Shown here: piece after piece, positions 30,796 through 40,220 of the stretch
Position numbering within the stretch: the stretch's first letter is position 1
Layout of the letters: each line of letters starts with the position of its first letter
Assembly: GCA_040879725.1 (NCBI GenBank)
Contig: JBBDJV010000008.1
Span: 17,856 to 81,855, forward strand
Direction: 5' to 3'
Source of the DNA: Minisyncoccota bacterium
Lineage (GTDB): Bacteria; Patescibacteriota; Minisyncoccia; Phycocordibacterales; GCA-2401445
DNA: 64,000 bases
The notes under the pieces: generated by a model
Database searches by the model: none
Told to the model about the DNA's origin: nothing
What the model saw: the letters and a program-made list of their open reading frames with translations, nothing else
Made by a program: the position numbers and the translations under genes

Positions 30796-31020
30796 ATGAA
30801 AAAATTAATCCTCATGTCCCAATCCCTCAAGGATGACGACTTCAAGGTCTCTGGGTGGTGTGGTAATCGTCCAAAATGTGTTCAAGTCGCAATTAAGCCT
30901 CAAGGTGTGGCTGTACGTGACAGCAAGGACGCAAATAAGTCGACTTTACTATTCACTCATGGTGAATGGAAAGCCTTTATTCAAGGCGTGAAGAGCGGAC
31001 AGTTCGACAGAAAAGCATAA
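30796..31020 (+). CDS. DUF397-domain protein
   Basis: FKVSGWCGNRPKCVQVAIKPQGVAVRDSKDANKSTLLFTHGEWKAFIQGVKSGQFD follows the DUF397 consensus (W..S.....CVEVA.....V.VRDSK......L.F...EW.AF..GVK.GEFD); GC higher than surroundings. Confidence 0.65.
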   Translation: MKKLILMSQSLKDDDFKVSGWCGNRPKCVQVAIKPQGVAVRDSKDANKSTLLFTHGEWKAFIQGVKSGQFDRKA

Positions 31021-31096
31021 AGCTTGTTTGATCGAATTTGACACAGGGAGAAGCCTCACAGCTTCTCCCTTTTTAGTATATGCTATAAGTATTAAT

Positions 31097-31606
31097 ATGA
31101 AAAAAATATATCTTATCCCTGGTTTGGGAGAAAAATGTACTCTAGTTCGGTATCGTAATCTAGCTGAGGCTTTGAGTTCAAAAGGGTATGAAGTGGTACC
31201 CGTAAATCCTGATTGGTATCAGCCACTATTAAGTCAGATTTTTCCTGTTGAAAAAGATGCTATTATTTGCGGATTTTCATTCGGAGCAGTAATGGCATAT
31301 CTTATCGCTCAAAAATATCCATGTAAGAAGGTTATCATGGCTTCTATTTCTCCGATCCATTTATTTTCTTTCGAAAGTTTGAGAGATGATTATCTATTGC
31401 ACATGGACAGTGATATGGCCACTAAGCTCGCACGGGAGATTAAGAGTATAGAAGTTCGTCTTAATACACTCGCTACACCATATACCATCTTAGCAGGTGA
31501 GCGAGAGAAGATGTTACTTACGGAATGTAAGCCAGATATTATCGTACCCGCGACAGGACATTTCATGTCAAAGGCGTATATTCAGTGTATTGCTGATATC
31601 GTGTAG
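31097..31606 (+). CDS. small alpha/beta-hydrolase fold protein (putative esterase)
   Basis: GxSxG nucleophile elbow CGFSFGA; ~170 aa from the ATG at 31097 (MKKIYLIPGLGE); the ORF extends to 31028. Confidence 0.55.
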   Translation: MKKIYLIPGLGEKCTLVRYRNLAEALSSKGYEVVPVNPDWYQPLLSQIFPVEKDAIICGFSFGAVMAYLIAQKYPCKKVIMASISPIHLFSFESLRDDYLLHMDSDMATKLAREIKSIEVRLNTLATPYTILAGEREKMLLTECKPDIIVPATGHFMSKAYIQCIADIV

Positions 31607-31720
31607 TTGTTAGTTCAGGTTTCTTAGTACAGCGTTGAGCAGAGTTTTAATAATAAATAGTACAACACCAAGGTTAAACTTTGATAAACAGAAATATATT
31701 ATACGGAGTACACTATTAAA

Positions 31721-33352
31721 CTAATACTTTGCGCTTGCTTTAGCGCTGGTATGTATCGGGAACTCCACGATAAACCGCGAACCTTCACCTTCTCCGTCTG
31801 ATTCAGCCCAAACCTTACCCTTTTGCATGATTGCAAGCTGTTTTACAACGTAGAGACCGAGTCCTGTGCCCATGATGTTTACCTTTCCGGCGTCTTTCGC
31901 TCTACTAAACTTTTCAAATAGAAGGTCGATGGTCTCCTCACTCATTCCTATACCGGTATCTGAAACAGTCATACGCAACACATCTTTTTTCTTTTCGAGC
32001 AGTACTGATATTTTTCCTTTAGGTGTGTACTTTACGGAATTATCAATCAAGTTTGAAATAATTTGTTTTAGTTTACCTTTATCTGCGTACACAAAATAGT
32101 TGATTTTTTTGTCAGTTGAGAAAGAAATTTTCAATTCTTTCTTTTCTACCGACGGTCTTAACTCGTCTATCGTTTCTTGTATTACTTTTCTCCAGTCGAG
32201 AACCTCAGGAGACAGCTTCATATTATTCTGATCAATTCTTGAAACATCAAGAAAGTCATTAACTACCAACACTAGGTTATGGCTCGAGCTGTATATTCTC
32301 TCCACAGCTTCTTTTGCCTTAGGTCCTACTTTACCAAATGAACCCTCGAGAAGAAGCGATGCATAACCCTTTATCGAAGCAAGCGGTCCTCTGATCTGAT
32401 GCGATGCGATTGAAAGGAATTCAGACTTCTGTCTATCAAGAGCACGAAGTTTTGCATTTGCCTTGGAAAGGTTTGTAGCAAGGTTAAAAATGTATTCCCT
32501 GTCTTTTATTTCTTTAATAACACTCCGTATTAGTAGAAGGCCGATAAGAATCGTAATTAAAAGCAAGCTTAAGTTTAAAATAAAATCCTTGATTCCATCA
32601 GAAAGTAGTGTTCGGATTAAGATTATAATCCATAAAATAAAAGTAAATAATTGTGTTGTAACTACTTTTAAATCAAAAAGCTGATACCTGAAGATTGCAT
32701 AGCCACTTATAGCTGGGTAAATAGCAAAAAGTATTAATGGGTATGGCGGGAATGGTATGTTAAAAGTTAACAAGAATACGCTCCCGCCTCCACCATATCC
32801 AAATATAGTAAACAATATGATTAAGGCAAGCCTTTTCTTCTGCACTTTGTCTTTCGTAGTAAAAAATGCTTTTGCTTCAATGAAAAGTGCAATTGTTGCT
32901 AATAGGAAAAAGTAAAAAGCGAAATATATGTAAAGAGGACCAGCGTCTGGTGCAAAATTAAAGGGATACTTAGGTATTACGTCATTTACAAATAAAGTAG
33001 TATTGTTAGTTAGAAGAAAGAATATGCAGAACCCAAAAGAAAGATATAAAAGCTTTTTATATTTTTCATACTCATTTGTAATAGCTAGTGCAAATATTAG
33101 ATAAAATAAAGGTATACAAATCGCAGCAACATGTAAAATCCAGTTAGCCATCAAGGCAATACTTTGATTAGTTGTTGATATCATCCAAAAGTAGAACAAG
33201 CTCCATGTTCCGGAAGCAACGTTCAAGTAAAACCAAGACTTGTTTTCAAATCTTTTCTTGTCGTGCATGAAAACAATCAACCCAGATAAAAAGGCAGTAA
33301 AAGCACCTATGAGAAGTGTAATACTAAAATATCCGAATGATATATCTTCCAT
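31721..33352 (-). CDS. sensor histidine kinase with N-terminal 7-8 TM sensor domain (orphan, no response regulator nearby)
   Basis: Polytopic N-terminal half; H-box EFLSIASHQIRGPL; N, G1, G2 boxes of the HATPase_c domain in the C-terminus. Confidence 0.8.
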   Translation of the reverse strand: MEDISFGYFSITLLIGAFTAFLSGLIVFMHDKKRFENKSWFYLNVASGTWSLFYFWMISTTNQSIALMANWILHVAAICIPLFYLIFALAITNEYEKYKKLLYLSFGFCIFFLLTNNTTLFVNDVIPKYPFNFAPDAGPLYIYFAFYFFLLATIALFIEAKAFFTTKDKVQKKRLALIILFTIFGYGGGGSVFLLTFNIPFPPYPLILFAIYPAISGYAIFRYQLFDLKVVTTQLFTFILWIIILIRTLLSDGIKDFILNLSLLLITILIGLLLIRSVIKEIKDREYIFNLATNLSKANAKLRALDRQKSEFLSIASHQIRGPLASIKGYASLLLEGSFGKVGPKAKEAVERIYSSSHNLVLVVNDFLDVSRIDQNNMKLSPEVLDWRKVIQETIDELRPSVEKKELKISFSTDKKINYFVYADKGKLKQIISNLIDNSVKYTPKGKISVLLEKKKDVLRMTVSDTGIGMSEETIDLLFEKFSRAKDAGKVNIMGTGLGLYVVKQLAIMQKGKVWAESDGEGEGSRFIVEFPIHTSAKASAKY

Positions 33353-33353
33353 A

Positions 33354-34964
33354 TTAAAGGTATCTATTTCCTAATTCTGTAGACTCTGGATTGCTTTTTA
33401 TATATTCTCCCAAGTCCTTCAATAAAGGATAGCATATATTTGTGCCGTGATGTGGTTCAATATGTATATCTCCAATATATGATTCATACGATCTATTCTG
33501 AGAAAAAAATTCTTCAATTTTTCCTTTTAATGCAAATATTGCTGATTGTGGTGAAGAACAAGAAACGTGCGGATTTGCTTCACCATATACCATCATGTTA
33601 TCTGGAATATATTTTTTATTGAAGTATCCGTGCCAATGAGAAATAGAAATTCCGTAATTACTGATTTGCTTAGAAAAATTATTTTTAGTATCTAAGTGGT
33701 TTAATATTGAAGCGATAATTGCATTTCCAACCGCATGTGCAAGAATTACTTGCGTGTCAAAGGATGGTTTATAGTCTTTATTAAGTTCAATTCCCTTCGG
33801 TGCCTCCAACGTCATACTCCCACCTTCTAATCCAAGAAGTATAAAATCTTTTTTCGGGTCAGGGTTTGTCTTATTTGATCCCGATCTTAATGAAAGTACA
33901 CAAACATCCGGCACTTGAAGCCAGAAGTTTTCATTATCTATTACTATTTTTAAATATATTTTTTTACCAACAAAGAAATAGTCTGAATCAGGAATATTTC
34001 CAGAAATAATTTTATTAGCAAAATCCTTTTCTGAAATCAATTTCGAAAGCTTTGCAGGCAACTGCTTTGCGATAAAGCCAAAACTCATTCCACTTCTCCC
34101 ATCAAGATGTAATTGTCCTATCCATTTATGGAACGATGTCCTAAACGGTAAATCAGTAATCTTTTTACCCTTCGGATACAAATTTGTATCTGAAAAAATT
34201 TTTGCTCCGAGCATTAAGTCTTCAATTATAGAAAGGTACTTGGGACTATTTAAGTCAGTAGAGTTATTCTTTACTATAAACTCCGAATATTTATATGGTC
34301 TGATAGGAGCAACAATTTTTGGGACAAGAGCTTTCAGAACATTATTTCTCATATCACCCTCTCTACTAAAAACAGGGTGCGAAGCGTTAAAATTATATAA
34401 CATCCATTTTTCCTTATCCACTCCTATTACAATATTTGTCATGTGGTAAGCGAAAAAATTCATTGCAGTATCAAAGTGATCTGAAAAGGTGGAATTACTA
34501 GTTATGTGCTCAGGGAACGGAAGAACAGTGATAACAGAGTTGTCTTTGAAATTACTGATATGCTCCATGGGCAATCTGCCGATTTTTTGTTCTCCACTTA
34601 CGATAATTGAAATTCCTGGTTTTAATTTCCAGGCTTTTAACATGGGTAGTATATCTTTTATTGGTATATAAATATTTGATTTACCAATTAGGAATAAAAG
34701 GTTATTTGCTATAATCTTAAAAAATCTAGCTATTCTTTTTCTAAGCTTAATTTTCTCCAGCGACTGCTCATATGGAACAATATTTACTTTCAAATCATCA
34801 AATACTTTTTTTAGATCGTCTACAAAAGAGTCAATCTCGGGAGAACTTTTTTCCTTGTGTGGGAAAAAAGTAATATTTAGATTATCAGCCATATCTTCTA
34901 AAGATACTTTTACCTTATTTTCTATTCCAAGTATTGCTTGTACTGCTTCTTTCGATATGTGCAT
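33354..34964 (-). CDS. hypothetical protein (536 aa), unknown family
   Basis: Long uninterrupted ORF with ATG; 1-nt gap to the HK start and 10-nt gap after the plsC stop; no motif I can assign; His-rich C-terminal patches (HWHGYF, HIEPHHG). Confidence 0.5.
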   Translation of the reverse strand: MHISKEAVQAILGIENKVKVSLEDMADNLNITFFPHKEKSSPEIDSFVDDLKKVFDDLKVNIVPYEQSLEKIKLRKRIARFFKIIANNLLFLIGKSNIYIPIKDILPMLKAWKLKPGISIIVSGEQKIGRLPMEHISNFKDNSVITVLPFPEHITSNSTFSDHFDTAMNFFAYHMTNIVIGVDKEKWMLYNFNASHPVFSREGDMRNNVLKALVPKIVAPIRPYKYSEFIVKNNSTDLNSPKYLSIIEDLMLGAKIFSDTNLYPKGKKITDLPFRTSFHKWIGQLHLDGRSGMSFGFIAKQLPAKLSKLISEKDFANKIISGNIPDSDYFFVGKKIYLKIVIDNENFWLQVPDVCVLSLRSGSNKTNPDPKKDFILLGLEGGSMTLEAPKGIELNKDYKPSFDTQVILAHAVGNAIIASILNHLDTKNNFSKQISNYGISISHWHGYFNKKYIPDNMMVYGEANPHVSCSSPQSAIFALKGKIEEFFSQNRSYESYIGDIHIEPHHGTNICYPLLKDLGEYIKSNPESTELGNRYL

Positions 34965-34974
34965 AACAAAATTA

Positions 34975-35664
34975 TTAAACCATTCTTAGGATTGCATCCA
35001 TTATATACTGAGCACCCTTTTTATAATCTTCTACTGTGGGATTTGTTTGGGGAATAATTGTGAGAGGATCAATAGGTTTGCCGATTGTGACTACTATTTT
35101 TTTTCTGAATAGCAGTAAGTCTAGTAGCTTAAAATTAACCAGACCCTTTATTGCGACAGGAACAACAGGTGTATTAGTTCTATTCGATAAAAAAGCAACA
35201 CCGCCATGAACTGGTCCTGGACTTCCATCACGAGTTCTTTTTCCTTCGGGGAAAATTAGAATATTTCTTTTCTTTTTAAGAATAGTGAGATGGTTCTGCA
35301 AAGAATACGCATAATCCTTATGTCCAGGATAGCGTGGATACGCACCAAGAAGTCTAAAAAAGATACCTCCGTAAAAAAACTTTTTCCAACCAAAACCAGC
35401 GTATTCGTGCTTCATCATTGAAACGTAGTAAAGCGGGGTGAAGTGCATTGAAAAAAGTGGAAGAGAAATCCTTACGATAATAGGATCGCATTCACTGGAA
35501 TGATTCGAAGCAAAAATAACATTTTTCTTGAGTGAGGCAATATTCTCTACTCCTTTTACTTCCATTTGTGCAAAGACTTTAAACAAAATATAAGATATAA
35601 AAGATACAAATATCTGAACTATGACCGGGACAAAGAAAAATATCCTTGTTTTGTTGTTTTCCAT
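34975..35664 (-). CDS. plsC: 1-acyl-sn-glycerol-3-phosphate acyltransferase
   Basis: N-terminal TM helix, HxxxxD acyltransferase motif (NHSSECD), FPEGKRTRDG motif III; start at the internal ATG 35664 (the ORF runs to 35775, overlapping uppP). Confidence 0.75.
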   Translation of the reverse strand: MENNKTRIFFFVPVIVQIFVSFISYILFKVFAQMEVKGVENIASLKKNVIFASNHSSECDPIIVRISLPLFSMHFTPLYYVSMMKHEYAGFGWKKFFYGGIFFRLLGAYPRYPGHKDYAYSLQNHLTILKKKRNILIFPEGKRTRDGSPGPVHGGVAFLSNRTNTPVVPVAIKGLVNFKLLDLLLFRKKIVVTIGKPIDPLTIIPQTNPTVEDYKKGAQYIMDAILRMV

Positions 35665-35681
35665 AATAATATTATAGCACA

Positions 35682-36488
35682 TTATTGAAAAAAGGCAAGT
35701 ATATACACGGCGAGGGCGAATCGGTACAAAGCAAACGGAATAAGTGAGTTTTTCGAAAGAATCTTCATAAGCCATGAAAGTGAAATATACCCAACAAAAA
35801 AAGCCGTTATTGAAGCTACAATAAGTGGTGTATAAGCAAAAGCCTGCTCTCCCCCACTAAGGTCAAGCATTTTCTTAATTCCAACACCAAAAAGAAGTGG
35901 AAGAGCGAGCAAGAAACTAAAACGTGCAACTGCTGTTCTTGTGGTTCCTGAAAGCAGTCCAGCGCTTATGGTGGACCCCGATCGTGACATCCCCGGTATA
36001 AGCGCTAAGACTTGTACCAAGCCGATTATAACTCCCTGCTTCAAAGAAACAGATGTAGATTTATTTTGGTTTCTCCTACTAATAAGCTCCGCGATAATAA
36101 ACAAAATACCTCCGAATATTAGTGTCAGCGCGACAGAAGTGCTTGATCTAAAAAAACTTTCAATATACGTTTCTGCAAATAGACCAACTATAACTACCGG
36201 TATGCCCGCGAGAATGTACGTTAGGAAAATTGTTCTGTGTTCTTTTATATAATTAACAGGAGAAGAAAATAATTGCTTTACTAAAGACATAATGTCAGCC
36301 CGGAAATAAATAGCAATGGCAAGAGCAGTAGCAAAGTGCAAAACAACATCGAAAGCTAGCCCGTTAACGTCACCAATGCCTAAAAACTCGCGTGCCAGAA
36401 TAAGATGTCCCGTAGATGATATGGGAAGAAACTCAGTTATACCCTGCACCACTCCAAGAACTATAGATTCAAATATATTCACGCACAT
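35682..36488 (-). CDS. uppP: undecaprenyl-diphosphatase
   Basis: MCVNIFESIVLGVVQGITEFLPISSTGHLIL is the BacA/UppP N-terminal signature; 8 TM helices. Confidence 0.85.
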   Translation of the reverse strand: MCVNIFESIVLGVVQGITEFLPISSTGHLILAREFLGIGDVNGLAFDVVLHFATALAIAIYFRADIMSLVKQLFSSPVNYIKEHRTIFLTYILAGIPVVIVGLFAETYIESFFRSSTSVALTLIFGGILFIIAELISRRNQNKSTSVSLKQGVIIGLVQVLALIPGMSRSGSTISAGLLSGTTRTAVARFSFLLALPLLFGVGIKKMLDLSGGEQAFAYTPLIVASITAFFVGYISLSWLMKILSKNSLIPFALYRFALAVYILAFFQ

Positions 36489-36536
36489 ATAGTACCACAG
36501 GTATTACTTATCGAGTACGCACATCTCGGGTACAAT

Positions 36537-37232
36537 ATGCACATGGCTCGGCCATTTTTTAAGAATAGAGACAAAGCAATACTTTTCGGAGCACTTATTC
36601 TAGCTGTTGCCTTTTTCTTAATGCCTGAAAAAATTCAAAACACTACCAAAGCACTTCCTGAAGAAGGCGCGGTCTCCAAACCGGTACCCACTGAACACTG
36701 GATAGGTAACCCGAAGGCCCCGGTGGTTATTATTCAATACTCTGACACTGACTGTGTGTACTGTGCTGTTTTTCACACTGCAGTAGTAAAGCAACTTATC
36801 GCAACCTATGGAAGACAAGGAGAATTGGCTTGGGTATACAGGCACTTCCCCATCGCAAACGTAAATCCAAACGGTGCCAGAGAGGCACTAGCACTTGAAT
36901 GTGTGGCAGATACATCGAATGACCCTTCTAAATTCTGGAGTATGCTCGATGCTATTTTTGAGGCAAAACCTTTATCTCCGCAAACTGATCCGGTTAATTT
37001 TATAAAAACAATTGCAGGGCTTTACGGCCTTTCTGAAGCACAACTTTCTAAATGCGAAAATAATAATGAATTCCGCACCATAATCAGAAATCAAAGTGAC
37101 GAGGCAATTTCCGCTGGTGCAGAAGGCGCGCCGTTTATGGTTGTCTACGCTAACGGAGAGTTTACTGAAACAATAAGCGGTACTCGCTCACTTGAGCAAA
37201 TGCAGAAGATAATCGACGGTTATCTTAAGTAA
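36537..37232 (+). CDS. DsbA-like thiol:disulfide oxidoreductase (membrane-anchored thioredoxin fold)
   Basis: N-terminal TM anchor; CxxC active site DTDCVYCAVFH; thioredoxin-fold length. Confidence 0.75.
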   Translation: MHMARPFFKNRDKAILFGALILAVAFFLMPEKIQNTTKALPEEGAVSKPVPTEHWIGNPKAPVVIIQYSDTDCVYCAVFHTAVVKQLIATYGRQGELAWVYRHFPIANVNPNGAREALALECVADTSNDPSKFWSMLDAIFEAKPLSPQTDPVNFIKTIAGLYGLSEAQLSKCENNNEFRTIIRNQSDEAISAGAEGAPFMVVYANGEFTETISGTRSLEQMQKIIDGYLK

Positions 37233-40128
37233 ACGATTCTTGTTTTAGCGCACACCACTCACAGTCTTTTTTATCACAGTTTGTTTTTAGAAACTCACCA
37301 TTCCATATTTGCTCAAGCATTGTATCTATCTCTAAAAGTACTTTTTTCTTATCCTCTTCCGTTACATTCTTTGAGAAAAACTTACACTCCCCTTTGTCGT
37401 TTGGAATAACGAAAACCAAGAATGGTATTACTGCTTTTTCAGTAGTTTCTGATTTTTGCTTTAGCAGAAGTGTATAGAAAACAAGCTGTCTCCAGTAAGA
37501 ACCATCGCTTGATTTCGTTTCTCCCAGTATTTCATTTTCAGACATTGCCTTTTTTGTTTTGTAATCGTACACGAGTATTTCATTCTCTGTCTCAAAAATC
37601 ACATCGAGTTTTCCGTGAAGAGTGATAGCTTCTTTTTTAAAGTCATAAGTTCTTGAAACCCAGCTTTCAGATAGCACTTCACCTTTTTGCACAAAGTGCT
37701 GTTCGAGCGACGCTAGCACTGTGTCACTCTGTTCGAGCAATTCAGCCTCAATTCTATTTTTATCAATAACCGGCAACAGTGAGCGAGAGAAGAAAAGTTT
37801 TATCCTATTTTCGTACAGCTCTTTCATAGCGTCTATCGAAAAGTTTTTACTATTCCAGATTTGAGAAAGTGCATCATGCATGGCGTTTCCCTTTTCGGCA
37901 GTTGCACTCGGTGCGTGTGGAAGCCTAAGTATGCTTTCTATATAAAACTTACTCGGGCATTCCATGAAATGATTCAAGCTTGTTACTGATATTCCCTTTT
38001 TTAGAATAAGGTGCTTTGTGTAGTCGGTAGCCTCTGTTGTCTGCTTATCGGTAAGTGACATCCCTGTTGACTCTAAACCATACTCCGAAGTGTGTGACAC
38101 TGTAGTCCTTGAAAAACCATTTTCTTCAGTTATTTCATCTAAGAATCGGAGAGGTGTTACGTTTACGCCGTCTATTTTTTTATTAAATGTCCCAAGTGTA
38201 AGAGTGTTTTTTGCTCTTGTTAGGGCAACGTAGAATAACCTACGTTCATCTTTTACTTTTTCTTGACTATGGGATGGTATTGGCAAAACAAAATATTCAG
38301 GATGAGACCGCTTGCCTATCCAAGATTCTTCCGTGCAAAACGGAACATACACAGAATCAAACTCAAGGCCTTTACTTGAGTGAGCGGTCATAACTCGCAC
38401 GCGGGCGTTAGCATTACCCGAACTAAAAAATATATTTTTTATTTTCTTCGACTTACTGTATAGAAGAACTTGCTCTAAAACACTCTCCGCATCTTCTGTT
38501 TTTAGAGAAGAGGCGACGTGTTCGCTTAGAATAGTTATGTTTCTCCAAATCTCCGCAGAAAGAGGTGTTTGCACTATTTTATTCCGGAGCATAGACTGCT
38601 CCGCCATAAAGACAAGAAAGGAAGCAATACCCATGCTTGTCTTTTGATTTACAATAGCTTTGATTGCCGGGATGCGTTCAAATACAGCACTCAAATCTCC
38701 CGATTTTATTTTTTGCAAAACTTCAACCTTTTGTTCAAACGAAAGTCCCCACAGACCCTTTGCTACTGTTTTTCCCAAAGCTTCAAAATCACTCGGGTCA
38801 ATAACAACCCGACAAAGCTCAAAAACCAAAACTGAGAGAGGGTGCGAAAGCACGTCGACACTTCTTTCCGCGCTTGCTGATATTCCCTGCTCTCTCATAA
38901 AATTAGTTACAAAATCAACCTCGCTGTTCTTTCTCACTATCACCGCAATAGTTTCCTTCTCAGAAGTCTCTTTGACTTTACCAGCCATGGAAAAAAGAAT
39001 ATCGGTGTCAGTATCTCCTTCGAGTAGTGTTACCGCATGCTCGGATGTTTTTTGTCCTTGAAGATGTTCAGGAATAATACTACTTGTGTCATCATAGTTG
39101 TTCAGAATAATTGAGTGTGAAGTATTAAGTATCGTTTGGTTAGAGCGGTAGTTTTCAGTAAGGGAAATAGTATGCATGTGCGGATACTTTTTTGAAAAGT
39201 GTAAAAAGTTTTTAACCGATGCTCCTTGAAAACGGTAAATAGCCTGCTTTTCATCTCCTACAATAAACACATTTGGTGTTTCAAAAAAAGTAAGCATACT
39301 TTCGAGTAGTAGATTTTGTGAATCGTTTGTATCTTGATGTTCATCTATGTGAATATAGAAAAACTTTTCTTGCGCCAGCTGTAGGAAAAGCTCATCTTTT
39401 GAGAAAGCAGAAAGCACCTCTAGAATAAGATCGTCATAGTCAATCAGCTCGCTTTCTTTTTTTATTCGCTCGTACTCTGAATACACATCAGAAAATAAAA
39501 TACTTTTATTGCATTTTTCAATGTACTTTTTTGCATCAGCTTTTAACTGTCCTTTGCTTTTACCTCTTGTAGAAATTGACTCTTCACTCGTTTCCGTAAT
39601 TTTTATTTGCTCTAGAGCAAACTTCTTAACCTCACTTGGTGCTATTGCTTCTTTCTTTACATTACTGATGCCTTTGAGTATGTCGTACACATACATGTCT
39701 TCCCTACCAAGCGGGCGTAGCGTATCAAACTTCTTATCTCTAAGTATAGATAATATTATTTTTTCAGCATCAATATCACTTAACTGCTCGAAGCCTGAAA
39801 TGGTTGGAAAATGATCTCTGTACTCAGATATGAGCGAAAGAGCAAAACTATGAAAAGTGTGAATACAAACTTCATTTGCTCTTTCTCCGATAATCTCATG
39901 CAATTTCTTTCTAATGGCGCTTACCCCAGCTTCGGTATAGGTAATAGCTAGAATAGCGGAAGCTGGTGTATCTGTCGTTTTAAGTATGTTTGCTATACGA
40001 AGCACTAGTATGCTTGTTTTACCTGTCCCTGGTCCAGCCAGAGCCATTACAGGGCCTTCCAGCGTATCTACAGCCTGTCTTTGAGCAGGATTTAAGGTCT
40101 TGTATCGCTTTTCGAATACATCGTTCAT
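37225..40128 (-). CDS. UvrD/PcrA-family helicase fused to C-terminal PD-(D/E)xK nuclease with Cas4/AddB-like Fe-S cysteines
   Basis: 967 aa; Walker A ALAGPGTGKTS and SF1 helicase motifs in the N-terminal ~650 aa; C-terminus has CPSKFYIE ... CDKKDCEWC (Cx..CxxC pattern). Confidence 0.8.
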   Translation of the reverse strand: MNDVFEKRYKTLNPAQRQAVDTLEGPVMALAGPGTGKTSILVLRIANILKTTDTPASAILAITYTEAGVSAIRKKLHEIIGERANEVCIHTFHSFALSLISEYRDHFPTISGFEQLSDIDAEKIILSILRDKKFDTLRPLGREDMYVYDILKGISNVKKEAIAPSEVKKFALEQIKITETSEESISTRGKSKGQLKADAKKYIEKCNKSILFSDVYSEYERIKKESELIDYDDLILEVLSAFSKDELFLQLAQEKFFYIHIDEHQDTNDSQNLLLESMLTFFETPNVFIVGDEKQAIYRFQGASVKNFLHFSKKYPHMHTISLTENYRSNQTILNTSHSIILNNYDDTSSIIPEHLQGQKTSEHAVTLLEGDTDTDILFSMAGKVKETSEKETIAVIVRKNSEVDFVTNFMREQGISASAERSVDVLSHPLSVLVFELCRVVIDPSDFEALGKTVAKGLWGLSFEQKVEVLQKIKSGDLSAVFERIPAIKAIVNQKTSMGIASFLVFMAEQSMLRNKIVQTPLSAEIWRNITILSEHVASSLKTEDAESVLEQVLLYSKSKKIKNIFFSSGNANARVRVMTAHSSKGLEFDSVYVPFCTEESWIGKRSHPEYFVLPIPSHSQEKVKDERRLFYVALTRAKNTLTLGTFNKKIDGVNVTPLRFLDEITEENGFSRTTVSHTSEYGLESTGMSLTDKQTTEATDYTKHLILKKGISVTSLNHFMECPSKFYIESILRLPHAPSATAEKGNAMHDALSQIWNSKNFSIDAMKELYENRIKLFFSRSLLPVIDKNRIEAELLEQSDTVLASLEQHFVQKGEVLSESWVSRTYDFKKEAITLHGKLDVIFETENEILVYDYKTKKAMSENEILGETKSSDGSYWRQLVFYTLLLKQKSETTEKAVIPFLVFVIPNDKGECKFFSKNVTEEDKKKVLLEIDTMLEQIWNGEFLKTNCDKKDCEWCALKQESFT

Positions 40129-40220
40129 TGCTGTAGTATAACAGAATTGATTTAATTACATGAAAACTCTCCACCAAATAGTTTTTTGCTGAAGTGTATA
40201 CATTATTGCGCAGAATACCT

